DNA of 64,000 nucleotides. Origin: an uncultured Methanosarcinaceae archaeon (GTDB lineage: Archaea > Halobacteriota > Methanosarcinia > Methanosarcinales > Methanosarcinaceae). Shown in pieces: positions 1-9,918 of this stretch. The stretch is taken from assembly GCA_963727895.1 (NCBI GenBank), contig CAVSHT010000014.1:1-64000 (forward strand), in the 5' to 3' direction. Position 1 is the stretch's first letter. The number at the start of each line of letters is the position of its first letter. Position numbers and translations under genes: made by a program. Below the pieces are notes generated by a model that made no database searches, was not told the origin of the DNA, and worked only from the letters and a program-made list of their open reading frames with translations.

Positions 1-51
1 CTAGTTTTGTAAAATAACCAGATTTTTTGCAACCGAACCTGAGATAATCTA

Positions 52-611
52 TTAGATAGACTCAATAGCTTTCTTAATCATTGAGCGATAGTAATCCGTA
101 TCAGTAGAGTAATGTTCCTTTGCCAGTTTTGAGTTAGGATCTTTATCAGCTTCAATTTCTTTAATTCTTTCAAGAGTTTGCTTTGCAGTGTCCAATATCC
201 AAAGGTCTCGAGTTGCTTCGTCCACCTCCTCAATGGATTCAGGACGAATCGAGGTCAGGATATTTCCATCATCTGTTGTGTAGGTGCTGGTCTACCTACA
301 ACTGCTACAAAAACTGGCATTTCGCAGTTGGAAAGGAACTGAGCTGCTTCTGGATGATACTGTCCGGCATAGATTGTGAAAGAACCTGTAGGATCTGAAA
401 CCCTTCCTTTCCAGTATTCAGAATCGGTGCCGATATCTTCCTTTTCTATAAGTGTGCCTACAAGAAAGATGCGATTTACTTTAGTGCCTGTAGGGGTCAG
501 GATATACTGTGGGGCATACTGATCACTTTCATCCTTTGAGACTAAATTCGAATCTTTAAGCTCCTGGGCAAAGACCCTGCGAGCAACTTCCCTGTAAAAG
601 TTTACTGCCAT
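52..611 (-). pseudogene. RPA-associated OB-fold protein, frameshifted
   Basis: N-terminus identical to 31990..32550; 1-nt deletion near 293 (GGTCTACC vs GGTCTTACC). Confidence 0.85.
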
Positions 612-1886
612 TTACTCCACCTCTGTTTCGTTGCTCATTTTCAGTTCAGTAAGTATTTCCTCGAGTAATCCATTATCCAAGGAGGTTATGGGAGTAATCA
701 AATCTGTAAGAATATAACGGTCAAGCTTGTGCCCGCTAGCAGTATAGTATCTGCCTATTAGTTCATGTTTTAATTTATCCAATACTACTTCTGGATCAAG
801 TGCATCTGCTGCCATCGCAATTGCACTTTCAAGAGAAAGCCCGACAAGCTCTTCGGTGATTTCTCGATTGATAAGAATGTCCTGAGTGGTAGTTCCAGAG
901 TCAAGGACAGCTTTTATCCTTAGGTCATATTCTCCCTTTATTTTCCCATGTTCAGGGCATGATGCCCCCTTAAGCAGAGCCCTCTTACATTCAGGACAGC
1001 GTTTTATAAGGCCTGAGCCTGTCTGGATGTCCACCATTGCTCCAGTATATGTGAAAGTAGATGTACCGACTTCAATGTCTTCATTGAGCTCTTCTATAGA
1101 ACTTGACCTGTTAAGCTGAATCTGGACTTTACCACCATATTCATTGACAACAACATTCTTCAACAAATAATTTTTACCTTCTTCCATGTCCAAAAGATCG
1201 GCACTGGCCCAGTTAGTGAATTTTATAACACCTGTGGGATCCCCAATAAGGCCGGCTTGCTCAATAGTTTTATGGGAGTTCTCCCAGAGCTGAACCACTT
1301 TTCCTTTGATGGTAACCCATTGACCCCCTACCAGGTCAACAATGTTTCTAAGTTCGGATTCCCTTGAAGTAGGTGTAAATTCACCGCCTCCGACTTCTAT
1401 GTCTTCAGCTAACTTTTCTATTGAACTATTCTTGTTAAGCTGAACTTGAAACCTATCTTTGTACTCTCCAATGACAATGCTCTTAAAGAGATAACTTTCT
1501 CCTTGCTCAAGATTAGGCAATTCAGCGTTTTTCCATCCCGTAAACTTTATAATTCCAGTTTCATCTCCCAGAAGACCTACCTGAGAGATGGACTCGTGAG
1601 TGTTTTCCCAAAGTTGGATTACCTTTGCCTTAAGGTTGGCCCACTTTCCATTTTCCAAGAGATCTATTATTTTGGTAAGTTGGGGTTCAGCCTGTCGAGT
1701 ATAGAATTCATTTTTCGGAATTGAATATTTCTTTAAAAAGTAATTGGTCACACTACGCTGGGCTTCGTTTTTGGGAACCTTGAATTTTGTAATCATTTCG
1801 TCGAGTCTGCTTTCGATGTCTTCTAAAGACACATCGATGCCAAGCTTTAAAAATCGTTCTTTAATAAGGTTTGCAGTTTGCTTCAT
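612..1886 (-). CDS. rpa: Replication protein A (multiple OB folds plus Zn finger)
   Basis: Repeated OB motif KVxQLWEN...GD(E/P)TGxIKFTxW; CPEC...CPEH zinc finger. Confidence 0.92.
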   Translation of the reverse strand: MKQTANLIKERFLKLGIDVSLEDIESRLDEMITKFKVPKNEAQRSVTNYFLKKYSIPKNEFYTRQAEPQLTKIIDLLENGKWANLKAKVIQLWENTHESISQVGLLGDETGIIKFTGWKNAELPNLEQGESYLFKSIVIGEYKDRFQVQLNKNSSIEKLAEDIEVGGGEFTPTSRESELRNIVDLVGGQWVTIKGKVVQLWENSHKTIEQAGLIGDPTGVIKFTNWASADLLDMEEGKNYLLKNVVVNEYGGKVQIQLNRSSSIEELNEDIEVGTSTFTYTGAMVDIQTGSGLIKRCPECKRALLKGASCPEHGKIKGEYDLRIKAVLDSGTTTQDILINREITEELVGLSLESAIAMAADALDPEVVLDKLKHELIGRYYTASGHKLDRYILTDLITPITSLDNGLLEEILTELKMSNETEVE

Positions 1887-2231
1887 TATTCTACCTCAAG
1901 CCTCTTGTTTATTTTTAAAGAGAGACAATTTATATTATGATTACACAGGATATAAAGCTAGGGAAAGCTGAATTAGAGTATTTTTTTCTCAAGGCAGAAG
2001 CATTTATGTAAGCTATTCTGTGACGTAATTTCTATTCATTGGTTATTATTTTAGGTGAAATCGTTATCATTACATTGATCTTCACAAATTTTATCAAATT
2101 ATTCAGTGAGTACTATAAAGTCTTCGTCTGCCAGCTAGATAATATTTTTTAAAAAGACAACTATTAATGATACAACGAAAATGACACATTTCTTATAGAT
2201 CAAATCTTAACCCAATACAAATAAAGAGTAG

Positions 2232-3211
2232 TTATGAAAAATCCAGAATAAGCGTCTGCCTCTCGTCTATTTCCTTAAGTTTTGCAACCCCTACACCCAA
2301 AAGTCTGAATTTTTTCCTTCCCTGAAATTCCGATAAGAGCTGTGTAGCTGTCCTTTTAATAACAAAAAGATCTGACGTCCAAATCGGGATAGTTTTTGAG
2401 CGTGTATACGTGGTAAAGTCCTCAAAACGAACTATAAGGGTGACGGTTTTAAAAAGGAAACGATGTTTCATGAGGGAGCTATGCACACTTTCAGTAAGCA
2501 TTTCCAGAGATTTAGTAATCTTAACCAGATCGTTAGTATCTTCTTCAAAAGTCCCATGTCTGCTTATGGACTTTATGCTCTCTCTTTCTTGAACATCTCC
2601 AAAATTGAGTCCATTAGCCATCTGCTTCATCCTGAGACTCATTTTTCCGAATCTTTTCGAAAGCAGTTGAACGTTATAGCTTGCAAGTTCTTCTACTTTG
2701 GTTATTCCCATTTCTTTCAAGGTTTCTGCTGTTTTATCTCCTATCCCCGGAATTTTTGAAACTTTTAGAGGAAAAAGAAACTCTCTTGCATCTTCAGGTA
2801 TGACAACTGTAAGCCCATCAGGTTTCTGAAAACCAGAAGCGATTTTTGCAATGAGCTTATTAGGCCCCACACCTACCGAACAGGTAATACCTTCCTGTTT
2901 CTGAACTTCATCCTTGAAGAAACTCCTGTGTAGAGTTTCACGTTCACAGGCAAGAATGCAGCACCAGGACAGAGTCTATAAGCCTGGGATATTGGCATTG
3001 CAGAATGTATTCCATATTTTCTTGCCTCGTACGAACAAGTACTTACAACCCCCCTGCCTGATCCGTCCTTAGGGTCAGAACCAACAATAACTGGTAATCC
3101 CTTCAGTTCTGGTCGTTCTCTTATCTCCACGGACGCAAAAAAGCTGTCCATATCTACATGGAGGATTATCCGCCTATCAAAATTATTTATTTCAAGATTG
3201 GAGGCAGGCAT
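2232..3211 (-). pseudogene. dinB: DNA polymerase IV (Y family) with 127-bp internal deletion
   Basis: [31 protein letters not shown] motifs; segment carrying the catalytic DE motif is missing. Confidence 0.93.
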
Positions 3212-3940
3212 TATTGTAAAATAGTATAGAACATGTAAATAAGGCTTGAGAAAGTAGGATGAAAGTATTAACATTTTTTCAAAAAAGGGCAGTGTGCCGA
3301 TTTTGCTATGAGAGTACATGAGAAAAATATCCTCACGTACTTTCATGTCAAATCAAAAGTTTCCCTTTTCAACCATTTTTATAAAAATATTTTATGAAAC
3401 GTTCCGCTTTTTGTTTCGAATCTTATCGAAAAATCGTATTACAACGTTTGATTAAAAACACAACCGGCTGAAGACATCATACCTCAAATTATTTACTTTT
3501 ATTTTCGTTATTTTTCGTTACAAGAGTTAAAGAATGTGTGAGCATTTCGATATGCCAAATATACAATAAATTAGAAAGTATCGACCTCGGAAGAACTATT
3601 CAAAGTTTAAAACATGTAAATCCGACCAATCCAGACCCGATACAATTCGAAATAAATTCGAATTTTTTTAAGGAAAATCTTTTTTCAATCAAGTCTGAAC
3701 AAAGGTTTTTTTAAAAATTATTCGAAATGGAAAATATACACATTCTACATAAGGAGACGTTTAGAAAAACACAATTTCAGCCACAATTTATGAATAAATT
3801 CGAATAATTTTTTAAAATATTTCGTTAAGATTTCGTTAAAATCGCTTATTTATCAATTAAAAGTGTCTCATATTGTTGAAATTTACTTTTTATATACTCA
3901 AAAAACCTTTTTTACTTGCTGTAATTACAAGGAAAAAGTT

Positions 3941-4910
3941 ATAATTCCTCAATTGAAACTTATTGTGACCAAGTCACGTACTTTACTAAATTAATTTCAA
4001 AATTCATTTTCTTTTTTTCATTTTTAATTATTTTATTTTATATATTCTACGCTAACCGTATTAAATTTAGACTATTTTTAGTTAATTCTTAACTTTAATC
4101 TTAGACGACTTTTCTTTTTATCGTCAGGATTTCATGAGATCCTTGTTTTTGCTTTCAACCTTCTTTCGGGCTTGTTCGTTACGCAGTTACGGTCTGTTCC
4201 GGTATTCCTGTCATCCATGCAGGCAGTTCTTCATCTGGGATTTGTCTTGCAAAAATTAATCTTAGTTCTTTTCTTCCATGGTCTGCTTTGTCGATGAATA
4301 TATCATTGGCTTGGCATCTCTTCTCAGCAGCTTCAAACACGTCACGTTTTAGTTTTCTCAGATTCTTCATGGATTCCGGCTGGTACTCATCAGGCAGATA
4401 ATTCTCAACAAATTTTTTAAAATCCCTTGAATCTAGTATTCTAGTATCAATATTAGCAAAAGGTGAAACTACTTTAGGAAGGTCAGTATTGTTTTTCATG
4501 TACTCAATGAGAAAATCAGCGCGAATTTCTGTGATATTTTTAGAAGGTGCTACAAGTGATCTATCAATAAGTTCAGGCTTTAATGTTGTGTTTATTTTAG
4601 AGACCATGTCGTATAGCATGGTTATTTGTTCAGGAATTGTAGCTTCTCTCTCGTCATCGTCATAAGAATAGTCATCAATTCCTAAAACAGTTTCAATTTC
4701 TGCAAGCCTTTGAACTGGTCTGATTTCGGTAGTTGCAAGCCTTGCGTCGAACGAAATATCCAAGTTCTTCTTTAAAAACAGTTTGAACTTCTTTTCTGTA
4801 CTCTTGTCTCTTTCAGGAGGTATAAATTGTATCCCTTGATTGCATTTGAGAAGTCATCAATCAGAAAAAAGCTCTTGAATTTTGCAGGGATGTAGTCGGC
4901 GAGGCTCATA
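3941..4910 (-). repeat. Plasmid-like module A, inverted paralog of 36992-38005
   Basis: Paralogous ORF, conserved 3' non-coding DNA and identical 46-bp block 3941-3986. Confidence 0.9.
4179..4910 (-). pseudogene. Unknown element-borne protein, 5' frameshift
   Basis: GGAGTGA then ATG (MSLADY) out of frame with the 4179..4763 body; paralog of 37084..37767. Confidence 0.7.
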
Positions 4911-5110
4911 TAATCACTCCTGCAAATAAAAACAGTCAACAGCGATGCTAGGGTTAAGTATATATGGTAAAATGTCTGAATTTATCATGTCTAGTACACT
5001 CCTAATGAAGGGGTCAATGGGGCTCTTTCTTGCCAGGCAGGGCCCTATTACTATTATCTTTTCATCGTATATACGGTTTTTAAGTTCTTTCATTGTGATT
5101 TTTCACATTC

Positions 5111-5272
5111 TCATAATGCTTTTACAACAAGTTCTTCTTTCTCAGTGTCCCATGTTACCTTAACGTCTCCTTCTTTTAGTCCTATTTTCTCAGCTATGCT
5201 TTTCTTGATGTACAAGTTCAATGCTCCCGATTTAGCCACGGTTAAATTAGCGACTCCTGTTTCTAAAGTCAT
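5111..5272 (-). CDS. Small AbrB/MazE-like DNA-binding protein (53 aa)
   Basis: Manual translation MTLETGVANLTVAKSGALNLYIKKSIAEKIGLKEGDVKVTWDTEKEELVVKAL. Confidence 0.7.
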   Translation of the reverse strand: MTLETGVANLTVAKSGALNLYIKKSIAEKIGLKEGDVKVTWDTEKEELVVKAL

Positions 5273-5350
5273 GATTTATATTAACGCATTAAATTACTTA
5301 AAGATTTCGAATATTTCAGTTATTCTTAATATACCCGATAAGTTTGATTA

Positions 5351-5402
5351 GTTTGATATCTCTAATATATAGAATTTATCTGATAAATCGGAGATATCAA
5401 AC
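5351..5402. promoter_or_regulatory. Putative operator in a divergent promoter
   Basis: Perfect 12-bp inverted repeat GTTTGATATCTC/GAGATATCAAAC with inner palindrome ATTTATCTGATAAAT. Confidence 0.55.
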
Positions 5403-5699
5403 ATGATAACTGTACAATATGTTTGGGAATCCCTTAAAACCGTTAACGAAGTCGTTGACGTTTTTGAGACATGTATTGACTTCGGACTGAACTCCCTACA
5501 TCAAAAAAGATTGCCTCAAAATGGCAGTTGAAGAGAAACTCGGTGGATCTCCGGGGGCGGGATTCTGAGATACTTCAAAATCTTACGTCGATTATTGGGG
5601 GCAAGCTGCCGTGATCGTTCCGGGTCAATGTCTGGGCAGAATTACCGGTTGTTTTTCAGATTGCCCTTTGATCAAATGCGCTTACAGGAGAGCTTGAGT

Positions 5700-6076
5700 A
5701 TGAAGTTAAACACTAAACGAACTTTACTTTCCCTTGCTGGACTTGCCCTTTCAGCGCAAAACGCACTTGCCGCGAGTGGTTCGCTTGGCCTATCAAGTTT
5801 TACAAATGGGATGTCAAACCCGTTGGATGGTCTAGGCGATGCAAAACCAATCATGGTTGAAGTTCTGCTTCTTGTGATTGGGGTTTTTGTTGTATCATGC
5901 TTGATTGGTGTATTTGGTTCTGGATCAGTTGCTAACGCGGGTAATTTCATGCACAATGCTTCACTTCGGAGCCGGGGAATAACGGGAATTATCTTGGTGG
6001 TTGGAATTATTTTCTAGTGATACTATCATTAATTCTGGTTTTCCACTTCTACAACGCCTATCTTGTGGGAATGTAA
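5700..6076 (+). pseudogene. VirB2/TrbC-like conjugative pilin, frameshift near 6012
   Basis: Signal peptide and two hydrophobic helices; adding one T gives GIIFLVILSLILVFHFYNAYLVGM with the stop abutting ATG 6077. Confidence 0.6.
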
Positions 6077-7879
6077 ATGCGGAAAATTCCTGCTTTCTTT
6101 TTAATCCTTTTTTTAGTGTTTTCTATAGGATTAGGGAAAGCAGGAACCGAAGTTACAGTGAGTCCAACAGGTACGAATGATCAAAACGTTATCAATCAAG
6201 CAATTGAACAGGCGGGAGGCGGTACAGTGTTTCTAAACGCAGGGACTTATGAAGTAACTGGACCAATTGAAATGGAATCCAATGTAACGTTAACAGGAGA
6301 TTATAACGCAATAATTAGAGTTTCCAGTTCTTCTTCTAAGTGGTTTACCGGCACAACTGGCATTATAAGTGCTCATAGTCCAGTTGAAAACGTAGAAATC
6401 TCAGGTTTCCAGATAGACGGCAATTGCGAGAATTTACCCTCTTCTTATGATTCAAATGACTAAGACCCTCATGATTGCGAGAGAGCAATTTTCATAATAG
6501 GAAGCACGAATCCACGTGGGACCAATGTATACATTCACAATATGAAAATCTATGACTGTTTCTCAGACGGTATACACGTTAGATTCTGCAATGGTGTACG
6601 TGTCTCTAATATTGAGGAAAGCAACTGCCAGCATGAGGGAATATACTTCTGTGAGGTTCTGCAAGGTGAGATATCAGGCTGTGAAATTGCTGGCATGACC
6701 TCGGATTGTATGAGGGTAGAGAACAGTCAGAATGTTACCGTCCACGATAATTTATTTTTTTCGTATAACGGAACTCATAATAATGGTGCATACGAAGGTG
6801 GAGCGAATGCTTTGCAAATTGCCAATCAAGGAAGGTCTTTTGGAACTGGAAGTCCTAAACCTGATTCAACGCAGAACATTGAGGTTTATAATAATACTTT
6901 TGCAAACGTACAAATTAATTCAGCATCCGGTTTGACTAATATTTTCATTCACGATAACAAGTTCATTGGGAAATCTGAACTTGAAACTCTTGGAGTTCCA
7001 GTGGATGTTTCAGGATCAACTCCAACTATACAACAGAGTGAACAGGTTTTCAATTCAATCTTTGATATTTTGAATATGACCTTTTCGGATACTGGATTTG
7101 TTGATAATCACGACGTTCAGCCGGAAATGAATTGGCAAACGAAAGGTCATTCCAAAGCCTGGGTGGATATCGTAGGCTGGAATAATCTTACCCAAATAAA
7201 TGGCGTTTTCTATATTCCTGCAGATGAACAGCCGATTGTAAAATACGGTGCAGTATCTATGGAACTAACCGGTTCAACACAAATGCATCTCACAGTATCA
7301 CAGAGCAACGGAAATGCGACAGTTGATCTTGAGGTCTTAACAACATATAGTATTGCAAATAAGACAAAAACAGAGGTGTCTCACTATTTTGATACTGAAA
7401 AGATGCCTAAGACTTTCAGTTCGGCTATAAACAATGTTGCTTATGTGACCATTTTAAACAATTCTTTTAGCAAGCAAACTGTTGTTTATGTCCCTGAAAA
7501 TCCCGATGTAATGAAGGTTTGTTTCAAGTTCAATAATTCTGAAACATGGCATTATCTCCATACAGGAACTACAAACACAACTTCAAAAGGTGTGAAATTT
7601 GTAAACATCTCATCATTGGATTATTGGGAACCTGAGGACAATGTTTCAGGCAATCAACTTGTGATTCCTGAATATATCAGCCCTGGAGATATAAAATCCA
7701 AGGTTCAGATTGTTCAATATGATGTTTATGGTAATTAAATACCTATTACAAATTATGAGATCACGGAGGACGCACCACTTAGTTTTTGGAAGCTCCTACC
7801 TCCACAGACTATTTCATTTGCCTTGATTGTTGGAATCTTCGTTTATGGCAGTTATAGGAACCTGGAGGCTTTCAGATGA
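6077..7879 (+). pseudogene. Membrane-anchored right-handed beta-helix surface protein with two in-frame TAA stops
   Basis: ORFs 6077-6463 and 6542-7738 share a frame; reading past 7738 gives a C-terminal TM helix and a TGA overlapping ATG 7876. Confidence 0.8.
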
Positions 7880-8139
7880 ATATAATCATCTGGATAATCG
7901 GGCTACTGGTAGCTCCGTTTTTAACTATAACCCTTCTATTTGCCAAGTTTTTGTGGTGGGTTACCTGTGTGATGTTTAAGATGGCACTTGCAATGCTAGA
8001 AGAGCTTCTGGACCTCTTCGTATACTTAGTAAAGGAAGCACACAAGGCAATACAGGAGCGGAGGGAAAATGAAGCTTGCCAAAGTACTCATCGTGCTCCT
8101 ATTGCTCTCAAGTACGGTTATGCCGGTGATGGCAGCTGA
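7876..8139 (+). CDS. Small membrane protein of the transfer operon
   Basis: ATGA coupling to upstream gene; hydrophobic N-terminus. Confidence 0.6.
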   Translation: MNIIIWIIGLLVAPFLTITLLFAKFLWWVTCVMFKMALAMLEELLDLFVYLVKEAHKAIQERRENEACQSTHRAPIALKYGYAGDGS

Positions 8140-9049
8140 TCCAGTACAAGCAGTAGAACAGGCGGTAAAAAATGGGTTTATTGATGTATTCGTAAGCGGT
8201 GCAGACTCTTTAACAGAGCAGAGCCCTAATAATTATTCCTATGACACAGGAAAATCAACTTCCAACAGTACCCCTGTAGATAACTATTCTGAACAGGTAG
8301 CCGCGGTCAACGAAAAATATGGACCAAGTGTAAGTACCATTTATATGATGTCGGCTTACAATCACGATCCTTACCAAAGCCCAACTGTCAAAGCTATGCG
8401 ACTAAAAACGGCTTTAATTGGATTGTTCTTATTCGTGCTGTATGTGTTTTGGGGTGCAGCGGTTGTTAATTTCTCTTGCGGTGCTCATATCAGTCTTGCA
8501 GAAAGGGCTCACTATGTTTACACTAATACGCCGATTTCCGAGTACATACATGGTCTTATTCGTGCATTCATAGGGATACTGTTTATTCACTATTTTTTCA
8601 AGTTCGTTATTTTATTGAACAGTGGTTTAACCCTTGTGAGTATGGGAGATGTTCTTAACGCTGTCCAGGTCACAAAGCATCAGTGGGTACTATATTGCAT
8701 AATGGATGTCGGTTGCTGGATTGAATCGCTTTTTATTGGAATGCGAATTTTAGCAATGGATCTAATTGCAGGTTGTGACATTCTTCTAGGAGCAATCGCA
8801 GGAACCAGGCCAGGCTTGAAATTTTCTAAATCAATGGTCTGGTACTTTTGCAAAATCACTCTTCTTCAGTGCATACTGGTAAGTTTCTCTGCGTTTGGGT
8901 TAGCCATTGTTAATGAAAGTCCAGGCTGGCTTCAAGTTCCGGAATATCTTGGATTATTGATTATTCTATTCGGAATCAGTCTTGTTATTATGCTCGGATT
9001 CACGAAAGCGTTCAGTACAGGCAAAAAGTTGGCAAGGGGTGCATTATAA
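8069..9049 (+). CDS. Polytopic membrane protein, VirB6/TrbL-like
   Basis: Signal peptide, about 6 TM segments, operon position upstream of VirB4. Confidence 0.6.
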   Translation: MKLAKVLIVLLLLSSTVMPVMAADPVQAVEQAVKNGFIDVFVSGADSLTEQSPNNYSYDTGKSTSNSTPVDNYSEQVAAVNEKYGPSVSTIYMMSAYNHDPYQSPTVKAMRLKTALIGLFLFVLYVFWGAAVVNFSCGAHISLAERAHYVYTNTPISEYIHGLIRAFIGILFIHYFFKFVILLNSGLTLVSMGDVLNAVQVTKHQWVLYCIMDVGCWIESLFIGMRILAMDLIAGCDILLGAIAGTRPGLKFSKSMVWYFCKITLLQCILVSFSAFGLAIVNESPGWLQVPEYLGLLIILFGISLVIMLGFTKAFSTGKKLARGAL

Positions 9050-9918
9050 TGGAATCTACAAGTTCACAAACTGGATTAAGTGTTTATAGCGCAAATGCTC
9101 CAAAAGTAATTAGGAAGGTTAAGGATAAAGCATACGGCGGAGCTACTTTAAAATCCGTCGGGGTTGTCGTGGGGTGGGTCTTTGTTAGCGTATTCATTGT
9201 TCTCCCTCTGGCCTTCTTTGAATCTGCTATAATAGAGTGCTTAGTAGTTGCTGTTTTAATTGGCTGGTGGGGTCTGTATTACAAATATACATCAACTGAA
9301 AGCAAGCTCGAAGAGTCCATTCTGTTTTTGAAATTCTTCTTTGATGGATATTCAGGACTTCACACAATAGCCAGATATGATACAGAGCTTAAATTTTTGG
9401 AAGACGTGTTTCCTCTCAAGAATATCCACGAAGATGGACTGATCCAGTTTCTTGACAACCATTACGGTCTTTTGATCAAGTTCGTCCCTCCACAAGTTCA
9501 AGATGAAGACGAAGACGCGCATGGTCTGAGGATGCAGGAAGTTATTGACGGACTCGCAGGAGATACATCTATCAAATTTATTGCTACTTCAAGGCAGACT
9601 CTTAGAAAACCGCTGCTGGAAAAGCTACTGAAAATGATGAACAAGAGAGGCGTTAACAAAAAAGTGTATGAGTACCTGTATTCGATCTATGAAATGATTC
9701 GAGATAAGGACACGAAAGATATTGAATGGACGTTCTGTGCCTTCTTTGGGCTTGGAGTTTATGATAATTTGCAAGATGCAGTTGATCAGATGGATTCGGA
9801 ATTCCCAGGTCTAGTTGATAGCCTCACAGATGCAGGAATGAAGCAGGTTTCAAAGCTTACCGACAGGATGAAAATTGCACAGGAATACAGACAGATGGCT
9901 TTACCAGTGGTGATTTAA
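9049..9918 (+). CDS. VirB3/PrgI-like two-TM protein with cytoplasmic domain
   Basis: Two N-terminal TM helices; translationally coupled to both neighbours. Confidence 0.55.
   Translation: MESTSSQTGLSVYSANAPKVIRKVKDKAYGGATLKSVGVVVGWVFVSVFIVLPLAFFESAIIECLVVAVLIGWWGLYYKYTSTESKLEESILFLKFFFDGYSGLHTIARYDTELKFLEDVFPLKNIHEDGLIQFLDNHYGLLIKFVPPQVQDEDEDAHGLRMQEVIDGLAGDTSIKFIATSRQTLRKPLLEKLLKMMNKRGVNKKVYEYLYSIYEMIRDKDTKDIEWTFCAFFGLGVYDNLQDAVDQMDSEFPGLVDSLTDAGMKQVSKLTDRMKIAQEYRQMALPVVI

Larger units (their letters stand above)
1..3403 (+). repeat. Copy 1 of direct duplication (RPA-associated/RPA/dinB cassette); left end may extend outside the window
   Basis: Matches 31939-35469; homology ends at TTTATGAAACGTT. 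Confidence 0.97.

Noticed and set aside
5595..5699. Upstream extension of the pilin-like ORF
   Set aside because: A GGAG RBS and the signal peptide favour ATG 5700.
6015..6020. TAG readthrough in the pilin-like gene
   Set aside because: TAG is followed immediately by TGA; a frameshift explains the sequence better.
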